Assembly (NCBI GenBank): GCA_002816875.1
Contig: MUCP01000012.1
Coordinates: 9,864-73,863, forward strand
Direction of reading: 5' to 3'
Source of the DNA: SAR202 cluster bacterium Io17-Chloro-G2
Lineage (GTDB): Bacteria > Chloroflexota > Dehalococcoidia > Lucifugimonadales > UBA3495
Length of the DNA: 64,000 nt
Shown piece after piece: positions 52,529-61,864 of this stretch. The notes beneath the pieces were generated by a model, which was not told the origin of the DNA, ran no database searches, and worked only from the letters and a program-made list of their open reading frames with translations. The translations under genes were made by a program, and so were the position numbers. How positions within the stretch are numbered: position 1 is the first letter of the stretch; the number at the start of each line of letters is the position of its first letter.

Positions 52529-53251
52529 TTACGCCTTCCAGAACCGCTCTTCGATGAATTTCCAGCCCTTGGGCGGGATCTTGGCTTTCACGTCTTCGAT
52601 CATCCCTGGATGGCCACAGGTGTAAACCCTGGTGTCGTCCATGGGCAGTTCAAATGTTTCCAGGAATTCCTCGGCAACGGCATTGACCCGCCCCTTGACG
52701 CCGGTCCACTCTGAGTTGCGCTCCTCACCGGGACGGCTCACCGTGGGCACGAATTTTATAACGTAGGGATGCTGGGCGGCCATTTCGGCCAACTCCTTGT
52801 CATAGGTCAGTTCGTCGGCGTAACTGGCCCCCAGCAACACGTAAAATTTATGGCCCTCTCCTCCGTCGTGGAGGTAGCTGCGGATCATGCTGATGTATGG
52901 GGCTACCCCGGTTACGGTGGCCAGCATGAAATGGTGATGCACCTTACGGTCTAACAGAAATAAGCCTTTGGGGCGGGGCCGAATGGAGATGGTATCTCCC
53001 GAGTTCATCTTCCACAAAAGGGGCGTCAAAGCGCCGTCGGGAACCAGCTCAACGAATATCTCCAGAAACGGCTCGTGGGGCGCCGAGACGATGGAATACG
53101 CCCGCTCGATGCCTTCCAACCCCAGGGTGCAGTATTGACCCGGCTTGAAGACGAAAGGGCCCTCTTCAGGCTCCAGTTTAATGATCATCAGATCGCTGGT
53201 GATGTCTGAGCGTTCCGCCAGCTTAGCCGTGGGTAATTTCACTTTAAGCAC
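52529..53251 (-). CDS. Ferredoxin-NADP reductase-like FAD/NAD(P)-binding oxidoreductase
   Basis: 240 aa. Contains RAYSIVS (RxYS FAD motif) and the MLATVTGVAPYISM NAD(P) segment. Confidence 0.8.
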   Translation of the reverse strand: MLKVKLPTAKLAERSDITSDLMIIKLEPEEGPFVFKPGQYCTLGLEGIERAYSIVSAPHEPFLEIFVELVPDGALTPLLWKMNSGDTISIRPRPKGLFLLDRKVHHHFMLATVTGVAPYISMIRSYLHDGGEGHKFYVLLGASYADELTYDKELAEMAAQHPYVIKFVPTVSRPGEERNSEWTGVKGRVNAVAEEFLETFELPMDDTRVYTCGHPGMIEDVKAKIPPKGWKFIEERFWKA

Positions 53252-53396
53252 TATCCTGCCCTTCCTGCCAACGGCTTATTCTTCGCTTCTTCCAGCACTT
53301 GTGACCATGAGCCATTTTCCCTCCGAGCCGTGGCTTGCCTTACACCGCCGGGGATGCCCTGACCGGCTTCCCGGTGCTGTAAAGGATTCGACAACT

Positions 53397-56282
53397 TCAT
53401 TCCCCAGGTTCCCCACTGGAGTTATCCGGTTCAACAGGTTCGGATGGCCCACCAGCTTTGACCAGCGCCGCCGGTACGATCCGCAACCCCGGGACCCTGG
53501 AAGCCGGGTCCCACTCCTCGCTGGACTGGAGGTCCACCGCCAATTGTCCAAACAAACCCGTGGTGGCAATCACGCCCGCGGGCACCGAATCGGTTAGCCA
53601 AGCCACACCCTCCAGGCGTGGGCCGGCGGTTTGCACTTCTAACCTGTCCCCGGCCTCTATGGCCCAGGAATGGGCATCCGCGGGGTTTAATTCGAGGCGT
53701 TCCTCCCGGACGATTTGGTTACGCCGCCCCTTGACCACTTCTATCTCCCTATCGGCCTGCAACAAGACCCGGCCGGGAACCAACCACACCGGGAATTCCA
53801 GGCTGGGCTGCCGGCCGTCGAGACGGAACTCGGGGGTGACGGGTTGAGCTTTTTCCAAGGGAAATCCATCTTGATACAGCACCGGCGTACTTGGGTGGTC
53901 AGCATCCGGGCAGGGCCACTGGATGCCGGAATACTCCTTCCCGGCGTAGAGCACCTGCGTCGGCTGAGGGCTTTCCGCATTGGTGCGCAAGATCATTTTC
54001 CCTTCCGATTCTAACCTCGCGTAGGAAACGCCCCCGTAAATAGGTGTTAGCCTGGCGATCTCATCCATTGTCTCAGCCGCGGACCTTAAGTTAAAGCCGG
54101 AAGCGTTCATCCGGTTCGCCGCCTCACATATCAACCAACTATCGGGCCTGGTCCCATGGTTGCTGCTTTGCAACGCCGGCCGAAGACGCTGTATGCGCCT
54201 TTCCAGGTTGGTGAAGGTCCCTTCTTTTTCGGCAAAGGTGACCCTTGGGAGTACTAGGTGGGCCCTTTGGGCGGCCGGGCTGAGATGGGATGCGTGGACC
54301 GCCAAAAATTCCAGACCGCCAAGGGCCGCCAGCCCATTGCCGCCGGATTCTAGTTCCAGATCATCCAGCGAGGCGCCGTCTCCGAGGAGGAGGATAGCCT
54401 TGACCTGGCCGTTGGCTGCGGCTTCCAACGCGCTGTAAAGGCCAAGACCGGGGGCTTCGGGAATAGCGCATCCCCAAATGTCTTCAACTTCCCGCCGGGC
54501 GTCAGCATCGTCCACCCGCCGGTAGCCAGGGAGCTGGTGCGGGATGCAGCCGGTGTCCCAGGCGCCTTGCTCGTTGGCTGCCCGCCGCATGGGGTAGAGG
54601 CCGCTTCCCGGTTTGCCAAGGTTTCCGGTGACCAGGGCCAAATCTGCCAGGACGCGTACGCAATCCCTTTGGAGTTGGCGTGAGACGTTGTCCAGCCCGT
54701 AGACGATGGCGCTGGTGTCCGCCTCGCCATAAATCCGGGCGGCCTCGGTGATGGATTCTTGAGAGACACCGGTGGCGCGGACCACTTCATCCATGTCCAG
54801 ATTGTTGACTGCGTACCGCAGGGTGGCCGGGCTTTCACAGTGTTCTTCCAGCCAATCTGCCTTTTCCAGCCCCTGGTCGACCAACGACCGCAGTATGCCC
54901 CCAAGCAACAGCAGTTCCGAACCTGGGGCCGGACGCAGCCACAGGGTTGCGTAGCGGGTGAGCTCCACCTCCCGGGGGTCGATGACCAGGAGTTTGGCGC
55001 CATTTTTGGCTGCCCGTTTTATGGGGACGGCCACTACGTTTTGCTCCTCGGTGACGTTGGTGTTGAACACCAGGGTGCATCCGGCATGCTCCAACTCCCA
55101 GATGGAGTTGGTGGCCGCGGCGTAACCCAGGGAGCTCTCCAATGCCAACACCAACTCCGGATGGGTGTTGGAACTTTGGTCGACGTTGTTGGTGCCCATG
55201 ACAGTCCGGGCGAATTTTTGGGCCAGATAGTTTTCCTCATTGGTGCCGTCGGCCGCCGTGAGCAGGGCGAAGGAATCCCCTTTATACGCGCTCAATTTTT
55301 CGGCCAGAAGATCCAGGGCTTCGTCCCACGTGGCCTCCACCAACTGGCCGCCGCGGCGGACCAGAGGGGTTTCCAACGCGCCTGGATTATTTACGAACTC
55401 CAGTCCAAACTTACCTTTGAAACAGGCTTGACCCCGGTTGGCCGGTGAGTTTAGCTCCGGCACGGCCCTGATCAGTTTTCCACGGGAACTGATCTCCAGG
55501 TTCATCTGACAGCCCACCGGGCAGTGGGGACAGATGGTTCGCTCCACCTTGGCCGCCTTTTCCCATTTGTGGTCCCTTTCGGTCAGCGCCCCCACCGGAC
55601 AGACATCGATGCACGCGCCGCAGAATTCGCAGCCCGACTCCAATAGAGAGGTGCCAAAGGATGTGCCCACCAAGGCCGTGCCGCTGCGCTCGGTGAAACA
55701 GATGGCGTCGTCTCCCCGCAGTTCCTCGCATGCTCTCACACACCGCCCGCAAACGATGCACAAGTTGTAGTCCCGGTCGTAGAAAGGGTCGCCTACTTCC
55801 AGCGGGATACCCCGGTATTTATATTCCAAGGGCGATTCCAGGCTCATACCCAGATAACGCACTGTGTCCTTCAATTCGCAGCGTTCGTTTTTGGGACAGG
55901 TGACACACCGGTCATTGACTGAAACGTGGCGAAGGCACACGTCGTCGGGGCCGCAGATATCGACCCTGTGACAGGTAAGGCAACCGTCGGGATGCTCGGC
56001 GATCAACATCTCCATCACCGACTTGCGCAACTGATGGACATCCCCGGTCTCGCTGTGGACCTTCATGCCGTCCTGTACCGGCAGGGTGCAGGCGGCGGGA
56101 AAGCCTCGGCCTCCCTCCACACTTACCACGCACATCCGGCAGGCGGCGTAGGGCTTCATGCCGGGGTGGTAACAAAGATAGGGCACGTACACGCCGGCCT
56201 CGATAGCGGCATCCAGGACCATCTTGCCGGCCTGGGTCTTTACCTCAACACCGTCTATGGTGATGGTGATCTCATCAGCCAT
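53397..56282 (-). CDS. NuoG/FdsA-like Fe-S plus molybdopterin-fold subunit without a recognisable catalytic Cys/Sec
   Basis: 961 aa. It has an N-terminal 2Fe-2S segment (CYHPGMKPYAACRMC), several 4Fe-4S motifs, then an MopB-like body. The stretch TNNVDQSSNTHPELVLAL replaces the FDH motif NNVDxxARxC/UH. Confidence 0.8.
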   Translation of the reverse strand: MADEITITIDGVEVKTQAGKMVLDAAIEAGVYVPYLCYHPGMKPYAACRMCVVSVEGGRGFPAACTLPVQDGMKVHSETGDVHQLRKSVMEMLIAEHPDGCLTCHRVDICGPDDVCLRHVSVNDRCVTCPKNERCELKDTVRYLGMSLESPLEYKYRGIPLEVGDPFYDRDYNLCIVCGRCVRACEELRGDDAICFTERSGTALVGTSFGTSLLESGCEFCGACIDVCPVGALTERDHKWEKAAKVERTICPHCPVGCQMNLEISSRGKLIRAVPELNSPANRGQACFKGKFGLEFVNNPGALETPLVRRGGQLVEATWDEALDLLAEKLSAYKGDSFALLTAADGTNEENYLAQKFARTVMGTNNVDQSSNTHPELVLALESSLGYAAATNSIWELEHAGCTLVFNTNVTEEQNVVAVPIKRAAKNGAKLLVIDPREVELTRYATLWLRPAPGSELLLLGGILRSLVDQGLEKADWLEEHCESPATLRYAVNNLDMDEVVRATGVSQESITEAARIYGEADTSAIVYGLDNVSRQLQRDCVRVLADLALVTGNLGKPGSGLYPMRRAANEQGAWDTGCIPHQLPGYRRVDDADARREVEDIWGCAIPEAPGLGLYSALEAAANGQVKAILLLGDGASLDDLELESGGNGLAALGGLEFLAVHASHLSPAAQRAHLVLPRVTFAEKEGTFTNLERRIQRLRPALQSSNHGTRPDSWLICEAANRMNASGFNLRSAAETMDEIARLTPIYGGVSYARLESEGKMILRTNAESPQPTQVLYAGKEYSGIQWPCPDADHPSTPVLYQDGFPLEKAQPVTPEFRLDGRQPSLEFPVWLVPGRVLLQADREIEVVKGRRNQIVREERLELNPADAHSWAIEAGDRLEVQTAGPRLEGVAWLTDSVPAGVIATTGLFGQLAVDLQSSEEWDPASRVPGLRIVPAALVKAGGPSEPVEPDNSSGEPGE

Positions 56283-56427
56283 TTCAACGCTCTCAGTGGT
56301 GCGCTTAGAATCTCAAAGGTCTTGGTTCGCCAAAGATTGGGTTAGCGTCGATATAAGCTCTCATCGGGTCGGCCCTGGGAACCAAGCTTGTCTTCAAAAG
56401 TGATTTGTGATCAACCTTGGGCTGAAA

Positions 56428-58161
56428 TCATCTGCGGGTTTGGGAGGGAGAGTACCGGGAGGCCAGGCAGCGCCCGGTAGGGCAGGTCCGGCCATTGATA
56501 TGGGCGTCGAACTCATCTCCAAAGTACTTCAGGGCGGACGATACCGGATTGAACCCCAATTGCCCGTGGCCACACAGGGAGCCGGCCTGCATGTTCTCTC
56601 CGATGTTGCGCATCAAGGCCAGGTCTTCCGCGCCGCCTTCCAGCCGGCAGATGCGCTCCAACACCTCCAGCAGGTGGCTCATGCCCATGCGGCAGGGGAA
56701 ACATTTACCGCATGACTCGTACTGGCAGAAGGCAATGAGGGCACGGGTCAGATCCACCACGCAGGTGTCTTCGTCGGCGGCGATGATCCCGCCGGACCCC
56801 AGAATGGCGCCGGCGTTGCGGAAAACCTCAAAGTCCAGCAACAGGTCCACGTCTTCCGCGCCCAGGACGCCACCCAGGGGACCGCCGGTCTGCACCAGCT
56901 TCAGGTCCTTGCCGCCGGGTACACCCCCGGCCACATTAAAGAGCACGTCCTTCAGGCTCACACCCATGGGCAGCTCCACCATGCCGGTGTAATTCAGGTC
57001 GCCTGTCAGGCAGAGGATGGCGGTGCCGGTACTTTGTTCGTGGCCTATCCCCGCGAACCATTCCCCGCCCTGGGAAATGATCTCGGGAACGTAGGACAGG
57101 GTTTTGACGTTGTTGATGTTGGTGGGCTTGCCGAAGAGGCCCACCTGAGCGGGAAATGGGGGCCGGTAGCGGGGCATGGCCCGGCCACCCTCGATGGCAT
57201 CCATCAGGGCGGTTTCCTCTCCAGCAACGTAGGAGTCTCCGGTGAGGGCGACTTCCAGTTCAAAGTCGAAATCCGACCCAAAGATGCTGTTTCCTAGGAT
57301 CCCCAATTCCTGAGCCTGCTGGACCGCCTCTCGCGCCCGCTCTATCGGCCCATCGTGGCCGTGGCGTATGAAGATATAGCCGTGGGCGGCCCCGGTGGCG
57401 TAACCGGCCAGCAATATCCCCTCAACCAGGGTATGGGGGTCGCTTTCGACAATCGCTTTGTCATTGAAAGCGCCGGGGTCCCCTTCTTCGCAATTGCAAA
57501 GGATGTATTTAACCGGCGCGTTGGAACCCGATAAGAATCGCCATTTCGTTGCGGCGGGAAACGCGGCCCCGCCACGCCCCCTGAGTCCCGCTGTAGCGAC
57601 CTCCTCCAGGGTTTGCTCCGGGGTCATGGAGGTCAGGGCTTTGTGCAGCGCCTGATAACCGCCAACGGCCAGGTATTGGTAGATATCGCCAGGGTCTATG
57701 TTGCCGGCGTTGCGCAGGGCTATCCGCTTCTCCAAGACACGCATGGGATGCAGATTCAGATCGGGAATACCCTCGGGCGGCTCTTCTCCCGCGGCGGCAT
57801 CGGGGTTGCTCAGGAACCCCAGGGCTAGAGGGGTCACTGGGTTGCCCTCCCGAAGATGGACGGAGACGATCCTATTCACTGATTCGGGGGTCACGTTTCC
57901 GTAGAAGATGCGGGGACCGTTGGGAAACTGCACGTCCAGCAATGGTTCGGCGAAACAAAGGCCCAGGCAACCCACGTGGCTAACGTTGCCCTCCACTCCA
58001 TGGCGTTCCATGGCTGATTCCAGGGCATCCAGCACTTCCTCGCAACCGGCAGCCTGGCCGCACAGAGCCGAGCCCACGCGAACCCAGGGCAGGTTTCCGG
58101 AGGTCAAACTTCGCCATCGGGAACCGGCCTGGGCATTTATATCTTGGTAGCTGAGGACCAT
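56428..58161 (-). CDS. NuoF/FdsB-like NADH-binding flavoprotein subunit with N-terminal thioredoxin-like 2Fe-2S domain
   Basis: 577 aa. Contains GLRGRGGAAFPAATKW (FMN/NADH site), ESCGKCFPCR (N3 cluster) and an N-terminal C...C...CLGLC segment. Confidence 0.88.
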   Translation of the reverse strand: MVLSYQDINAQAGSRWRSLTSGNLPWVRVGSALCGQAAGCEEVLDALESAMERHGVEGNVSHVGCLGLCFAEPLLDVQFPNGPRIFYGNVTPESVNRIVSVHLREGNPVTPLALGFLSNPDAAAGEEPPEGIPDLNLHPMRVLEKRIALRNAGNIDPGDIYQYLAVGGYQALHKALTSMTPEQTLEEVATAGLRGRGGAAFPAATKWRFLSGSNAPVKYILCNCEEGDPGAFNDKAIVESDPHTLVEGILLAGYATGAAHGYIFIRHGHDGPIERAREAVQQAQELGILGNSIFGSDFDFELEVALTGDSYVAGEETALMDAIEGGRAMPRYRPPFPAQVGLFGKPTNINNVKTLSYVPEIISQGGEWFAGIGHEQSTGTAILCLTGDLNYTGMVELPMGVSLKDVLFNVAGGVPGGKDLKLVQTGGPLGGVLGAEDVDLLLDFEVFRNAGAILGSGGIIAADEDTCVVDLTRALIAFCQYESCGKCFPCRMGMSHLLEVLERICRLEGGAEDLALMRNIGENMQAGSLCGHGQLGFNPVSSALKYFGDEFDAHINGRTCPTGRCLASRYSPSQTRR

Positions 58162-58250
58162 CTTAAGAATTCAACCTTCGGACCTTAACAACACAGTTAG
58201 GCGCCTGGCATCCCATTCCGAGGGAGACCTGTCCTCCACCGCGCTGCAAA

Positions 58251-58742
58251 CTATTGGCCATGGCCGTCTTCTGGTTTTGGCAGGGCCGATAGGCCGGATA
58301 CCCTTCGGGCAGCGGTTTCCGGAGAAACCCGGCCCACAAGCCGGTGGTTGACGGATATCACCGGCGCTTGGGAACAGGCGCCCAGGCAGGTGTTGTAGCC
58401 TACGGACAAGAATTTATCCGGGGTGTCGCCCGCCTCACGCAAACCCGCCGTATCCAGCACAGATTTCATGACCGGCATCGCCCCCACCAGGTGACAGGTC
58501 GTGCCCCAGCAAACCTCCACCGTGTGCTGGCAAAGAGGCTCAAACTTAAAATTAGGGTAGAAGGACGCCACCGCCCAGATGTCGTTCACCGTTTTTCCGG
58601 TGAAGGCAGCGACCTCTTCCAAGGCTTCCTTTGGAATGTATCCGATGGCGTCTTGCACCGCCAAGAGGCTGGAGAGTACTGTTACTGTGGGCTGGGATTG
58701 GCCGTGGACCGCTTCGGTTATGGTCTGCCTGAGCCGGTCCAT
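58251..58742 (-). CDS. NuoE/FdsG-like 2Fe-2S subunit
   Basis: Contains C-x4-C ... C-x3-C (CQHTVEVCWGTTCHLVG...CLGACSQAP). I prefer ATG 58742, which has GGAG 8 nt upstream, over the TTG at 58769. Confidence 0.85.
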   Translation of the reverse strand: MDRLRQTITEAVHGQSQPTVTVLSSLLAVQDAIGYIPKEALEEVAAFTGKTVNDIWAVASFYPNFKFEPLCQHTVEVCWGTTCHLVGAMPVMKSVLDTAGLREAGDTPDKFLSVGYNTCLGACSQAPVISVNHRLVGRVSPETAARRVSGLSALPKPEDGHGQ

Positions 58743-58916
58743 GGGCGGAGCTCCTGGAGGAGTTTCCAATGAAAGAGATTAGGGAAACCAAGGGAAGAAA
58801 AGTTCGTGAATTCGGTAACAATCGGCCATATTTTATCACAAGGGCAGTCCACCCTCAACCACAAGGGCCGGCATCGTGACCTTCAACTCCCCGTGACCTG
58901 AGCCGCCAAACAAGCA

Positions 58917-58944
58917 GAAAGGGGCGGACAATGCCGCCCCTTTC
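58917..58944 (-). terminator. Intrinsic-terminator-like hairpin downstream of the UGSC-motif gene
   Basis: gaaaggggcgg-acaatg-ccgcccctttc: an 11-bp stem. The minus-strand tail ctgcttgttt is only moderately T-rich. Confidence 0.5.
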
Positions 58945-58976
58945 TAGAGGTGCAGAGTTAACGGTTACCGGCCCTG

Positions 58977-59546
58977 CTACACTGCCTGTTTAGCGGCGCT
59001 GCCCACGAGGATCCGCTCCACCTCCGGAGCGATCTCTTCGGCCCGTTGCTGACATTCCTCGTCGGTCAAACTGGACAGGGGATGCTGGGCCACCACGAAC
59101 TGGTAATCGGGCACGCCCATCATGCGGGTCATGGCTTTGGCCGTATTCAGGAAAACGTGGGTGATTATGGACGCGGTGGGTATCCCCAACCTCTCCATCT
59201 CGATCCCGTCGTGCACACTGCACGAACTGCAGCTGCCTCAATCGCCTATCCCGGTGATCAACACATCCACTTTGTCGAGCAACTGCTGGACCGTTTCCGG
59301 CTTGGTGGGGAGCGATGCGCTGTGTTTGCTCAAGTAGACCACGTCTTTCAGGTCGTACTTCTCTTTGAGCATGGTGCCCAAAATATGCAGGACCTTATCG
59401 GAGTTGGCCTTGTGGTTCTCCAACAAACCCAAGGTCATGCCGTTGAGGTCGGCGGGGCGGTCGTTAAGGTGAAATTCTCCCGACGACAGATCGGTGCCAG
59501 TGGGGTTCACCAACCGCATGTTCCTTACCGTTACAGTCTCCGCCAT
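58977..59546 (-). CDS. U-G-S-C-S-S-C motif protein (UxxCxxC as in GrdB/PrdB-type selenoproteins) with in-frame TGA at 59240-59238; candidate selenoprotein
   Basis: ATG 59546 is preceded by AAAGGAGG. Track ORFs 59238-59660 and 58977-59216 lie in one frame: ...VDVLITGIGD-TGA-GSCSSCSVHDGIEMERLGIP.... Total length 189 aa. Confidence 0.7.
59209..59225 (-). promoter_or_regulatory. SECIS-like hairpin
   Basis: UCGUGCA-GUG-UGCACGA: a perfect 7-bp stem starting 12 nt after the TGA. An alternative, mutually exclusive hairpin GCAGCUGCA-GUUCG-UGCAGU(g)UGC starts 1 nt after the TGA. Confidence 0.4.
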
Positions 59547-59660
59547 GATGCCTCCTTTAATGTCTGGCATAGGGGAAATGAGTCCCGTTTTGAAGCTCCT
59601 ACCATCATACACGCCGCTTGACCGGTTGCAAAGGTGAGTGTACGGCGGCTCCGGCGGCAT

Positions 59661-60701
59661 CTAAACCGCCGGCGTGTCTATCTTGGTGGTGCGGATCCGG
59701 TATCCCGTCGTGTCCAGTATGGAACTATTGCGCCCGCCGGTGCCGCCGCCCATGAATACCAAGATGTCCTCGGGGTCTCTGGCGCAATGGCGGAACAATT
59801 GGTCGTCGCCGGGCTTCTCGGGCCCTTGGGCGATGCCCAAACGGATCAACTCGCTCAATGGCCGGACGGCGTTCTCCATCAGATAGTCCTGGATGTTCCG
59901 GCGGGTCCAGCCGTCTTGGTTCAAGGTTATGGCGTGCTCCGGTCCGATGGCCAGGACCCATTGGGACGGGAAGCGAAAGGCCAGGGCGGCCGACTTCAAC
60001 GTGTCGGCTATGGAAAGCAAGATGCTCTCGCCGGTGTGGCCGTAGGCGTTGTTCACCGTTATGGGGTTATAGGCCACCGCGATCGTGACGCAGCTGTCAT
60101 CGGGTTGAAACCCCCTGGCCACGTGGTTGGGCTCCCAGGGAGAGTCCTCTTCGTTTTCGGCCACGCACAGGGTGTACTTGCTGGGGTTGCCCATGGTGCC
60201 CCGGTCCAGGGTGCCCGGCCGGGCATCGAAGCCGTTCATGAAGCACAAGCGCACGGAACGTCCCACGCAGGAGTTGGCCCGGAAACCCGGCCCGAACAAT
60301 CCGTCCCGGAAATTCATGCCGATCTGATGCCGGATGGGACCGTTGACCAGCGTTAGGATCGCGGGGCTGCTGGTGGAGGCCGAAGCCATGTGGACGAAGT
60401 TCTTCTCCTCGTCCAAGGTCTTCAACGTGGCGACCAGCACCGGGAAGTATTCGGGAAGGCACCCGGCCATCACGGCGTTGGCGGCGGCGTTCTCCGAGGT
60501 CAGGACCCGGCGGCGCATGTCCAGCGACAGCAACTCCTCTTCCCCGGTCATGCCCACATACTGGAGCATCTCACGGACCTTATAGTCCACCGGCGGGATC
60601 ACGGGCAGGCCGTCGCTCCAGCCCATGCGATAGCATTCTTCGATGGCCTCCAGAGTATCGCTGGCCTCCACGAGCTTGGACCTTTCTGAGTTTGTTGTCA
60701 T
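59661..60701 (-). CDS. Conserved-looking hypothetical protein (no family recognised)
   Basis: 346 aa with even composition. Contains the motif CYRMGWSDGLPVIPP. Lies directly upstream of the UGSC-motif gene. Confidence 0.6.
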   Translation of the reverse strand: MTTNSERSKLVEASDTLEAIEECYRMGWSDGLPVIPPVDYKVREMLQYVGMTGEEELLSLDMRRRVLTSENAAANAVMAGCLPEYFPVLVATLKTLDEEKNFVHMASASTSSPAILTLVNGPIRHQIGMNFRDGLFGPGFRANSCVGRSVRLCFMNGFDARPGTLDRGTMGNPSKYTLCVAENEEDSPWEPNHVARGFQPDDSCVTIAVAYNPITVNNAYGHTGESILLSIADTLKSAALAFRFPSQWVLAIGPEHAITLNQDGWTRRNIQDYLMENAVRPLSELIRLGIAQGPEKPGDDQLFRHCARDPEDILVFMGGGTGGRNSSILDTTGYRIRTTKIDTPAV

Positions 60702-60749
60702 TCGGATATTCCTCCGGTGCTGATTACTGGCGGTGCTAATTACTGGCGT

Positions 60750-61646
60750 CTAACCCCCCGGCAATCTCAACTGCACGCCTGACTTTTCCTCTTGTATCCT
60801 GGCCACCGCGTCGGAATCCTCGGGGCCCCAACCCCGAAGCATCGCTTCCACGTGGCGTTGGTCCACCAGGTTGGACAGCTCCATGGGGATGCCGTACTCC
60901 CGCCCCAGATCGGTGGCCAACCGCACGTCTTTGGCTGCCAGCGCAGTGGCGAACCCCGGGTCGAAATTGCCCTGGAATAGGAAGCGGGGGAATTTTTCGG
61001 TCAGCCGCCGGTTCCCTCCGGAACTGTTGGCGATGACGTCGGCCAAAACAGCAAGGTCAACCCCTGCCTTGACCCCCATGGTCAACGCCTCGGACATCAA
61101 GACGCCGATGCCCATGCTCAGCAGATTGTTGCAGATCTTACACACCGCCCCATTACCAATGGGACCGCAATACACCACGTGGGTGCCGATGGAGTCCAGC
61201 GCGGGCTTTACCTTGTTGAAAGTACCCTCGTCGCCGCCCACCATTACCGCCAGGGTGCCGGCGGCCGCGCCATAAACGCCTCCACTGACCGGAGCGTCCA
61301 GCACGGCAACGCCCTTCTGAGCGCAGGTTTGGTGGATGCTACGGATCATGGTTGGGGAATTTGTGGAAAGGTCCACATATATGGTTTCAGGAGTGGCCCC
61401 TTCCAGAACCCCGTTCTCTCCCAGGGCCACGGCTTCAACATCCCTGGGCACGGGCAGCGACGTAAACACGATGGCGCTGCCGGGGACCGTGTCTTTAGGG
61501 CTGTCAGCCCACGTGGCGCCCATCTCCAGGAGATTGGTGGCCGACTCCCGGCGAAGATCATGGACCACCAGTTCATGGCCGCCTTTTATCAAGTTCGCCG
61601 CCATGGGGTTCCCCATGTTGCCGGTGCCGATGAATCCTAGTTTCAT
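60750..61646 (-). CDS. NAD(P)-dependent 3-hydroxyisobutyrate/6-phosphogluconate dehydrogenase-family oxidoreductase
   Basis: MKLGFIGTGNMGNPMAANL Rossmann start at ATG 61646 (the track start at 61739 is upstream). Also contains DAPVSGG. Confidence 0.85.
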   Translation of the reverse strand: MKLGFIGTGNMGNPMAANLIKGGHELVVHDLRRESATNLLEMGATWADSPKDTVPGSAIVFTSLPVPRDVEAVALGENGVLEGATPETIYVDLSTNSPTMIRSIHQTCAQKGVAVLDAPVSGGVYGAAAGTLAVMVGGDEGTFNKVKPALDSIGTHVVYCGPIGNGAVCKICNNLLSMGIGVLMSEALTMGVKAGVDLAVLADVIANSSGGNRRLTEKFPRFLFQGNFDPGFATALAAKDVRLATDLGREYGIPMELSNLVDQRHVEAMLRGWGPEDSDAVARIQEEKSGVQLRLPGG

Positions 61647-61864
61647 TGCTATTGCTCCTTGTGACCGTTTCGATATGGTCGGCCTGAGTGTTCTTACGAA
61701 GAAGACCCAAACTGAACCCGGCTTGGCCGAAAAATACAAGGCGCCCGGCGGGACTTATATTTCCGAGCCCACCGGACGCCATATCTACAGTTTCAATTTG
61801 GTGGTCTTAGCGCGACAGCCGTGGTTACCACGAGCAGCCGGCTGATCGGGCCAACACGGTTGCG

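Noticed and set aside
53397-56282. A bona fide (seleno)cysteine formate dehydrogenase catalytic subunit.
   Set aside because: The ORF is uninterrupted, and the active-site motif region (NNVDQSSNTHPE) has neither Cys nor TGA. I therefore call it only NuoG/FdsA-like.
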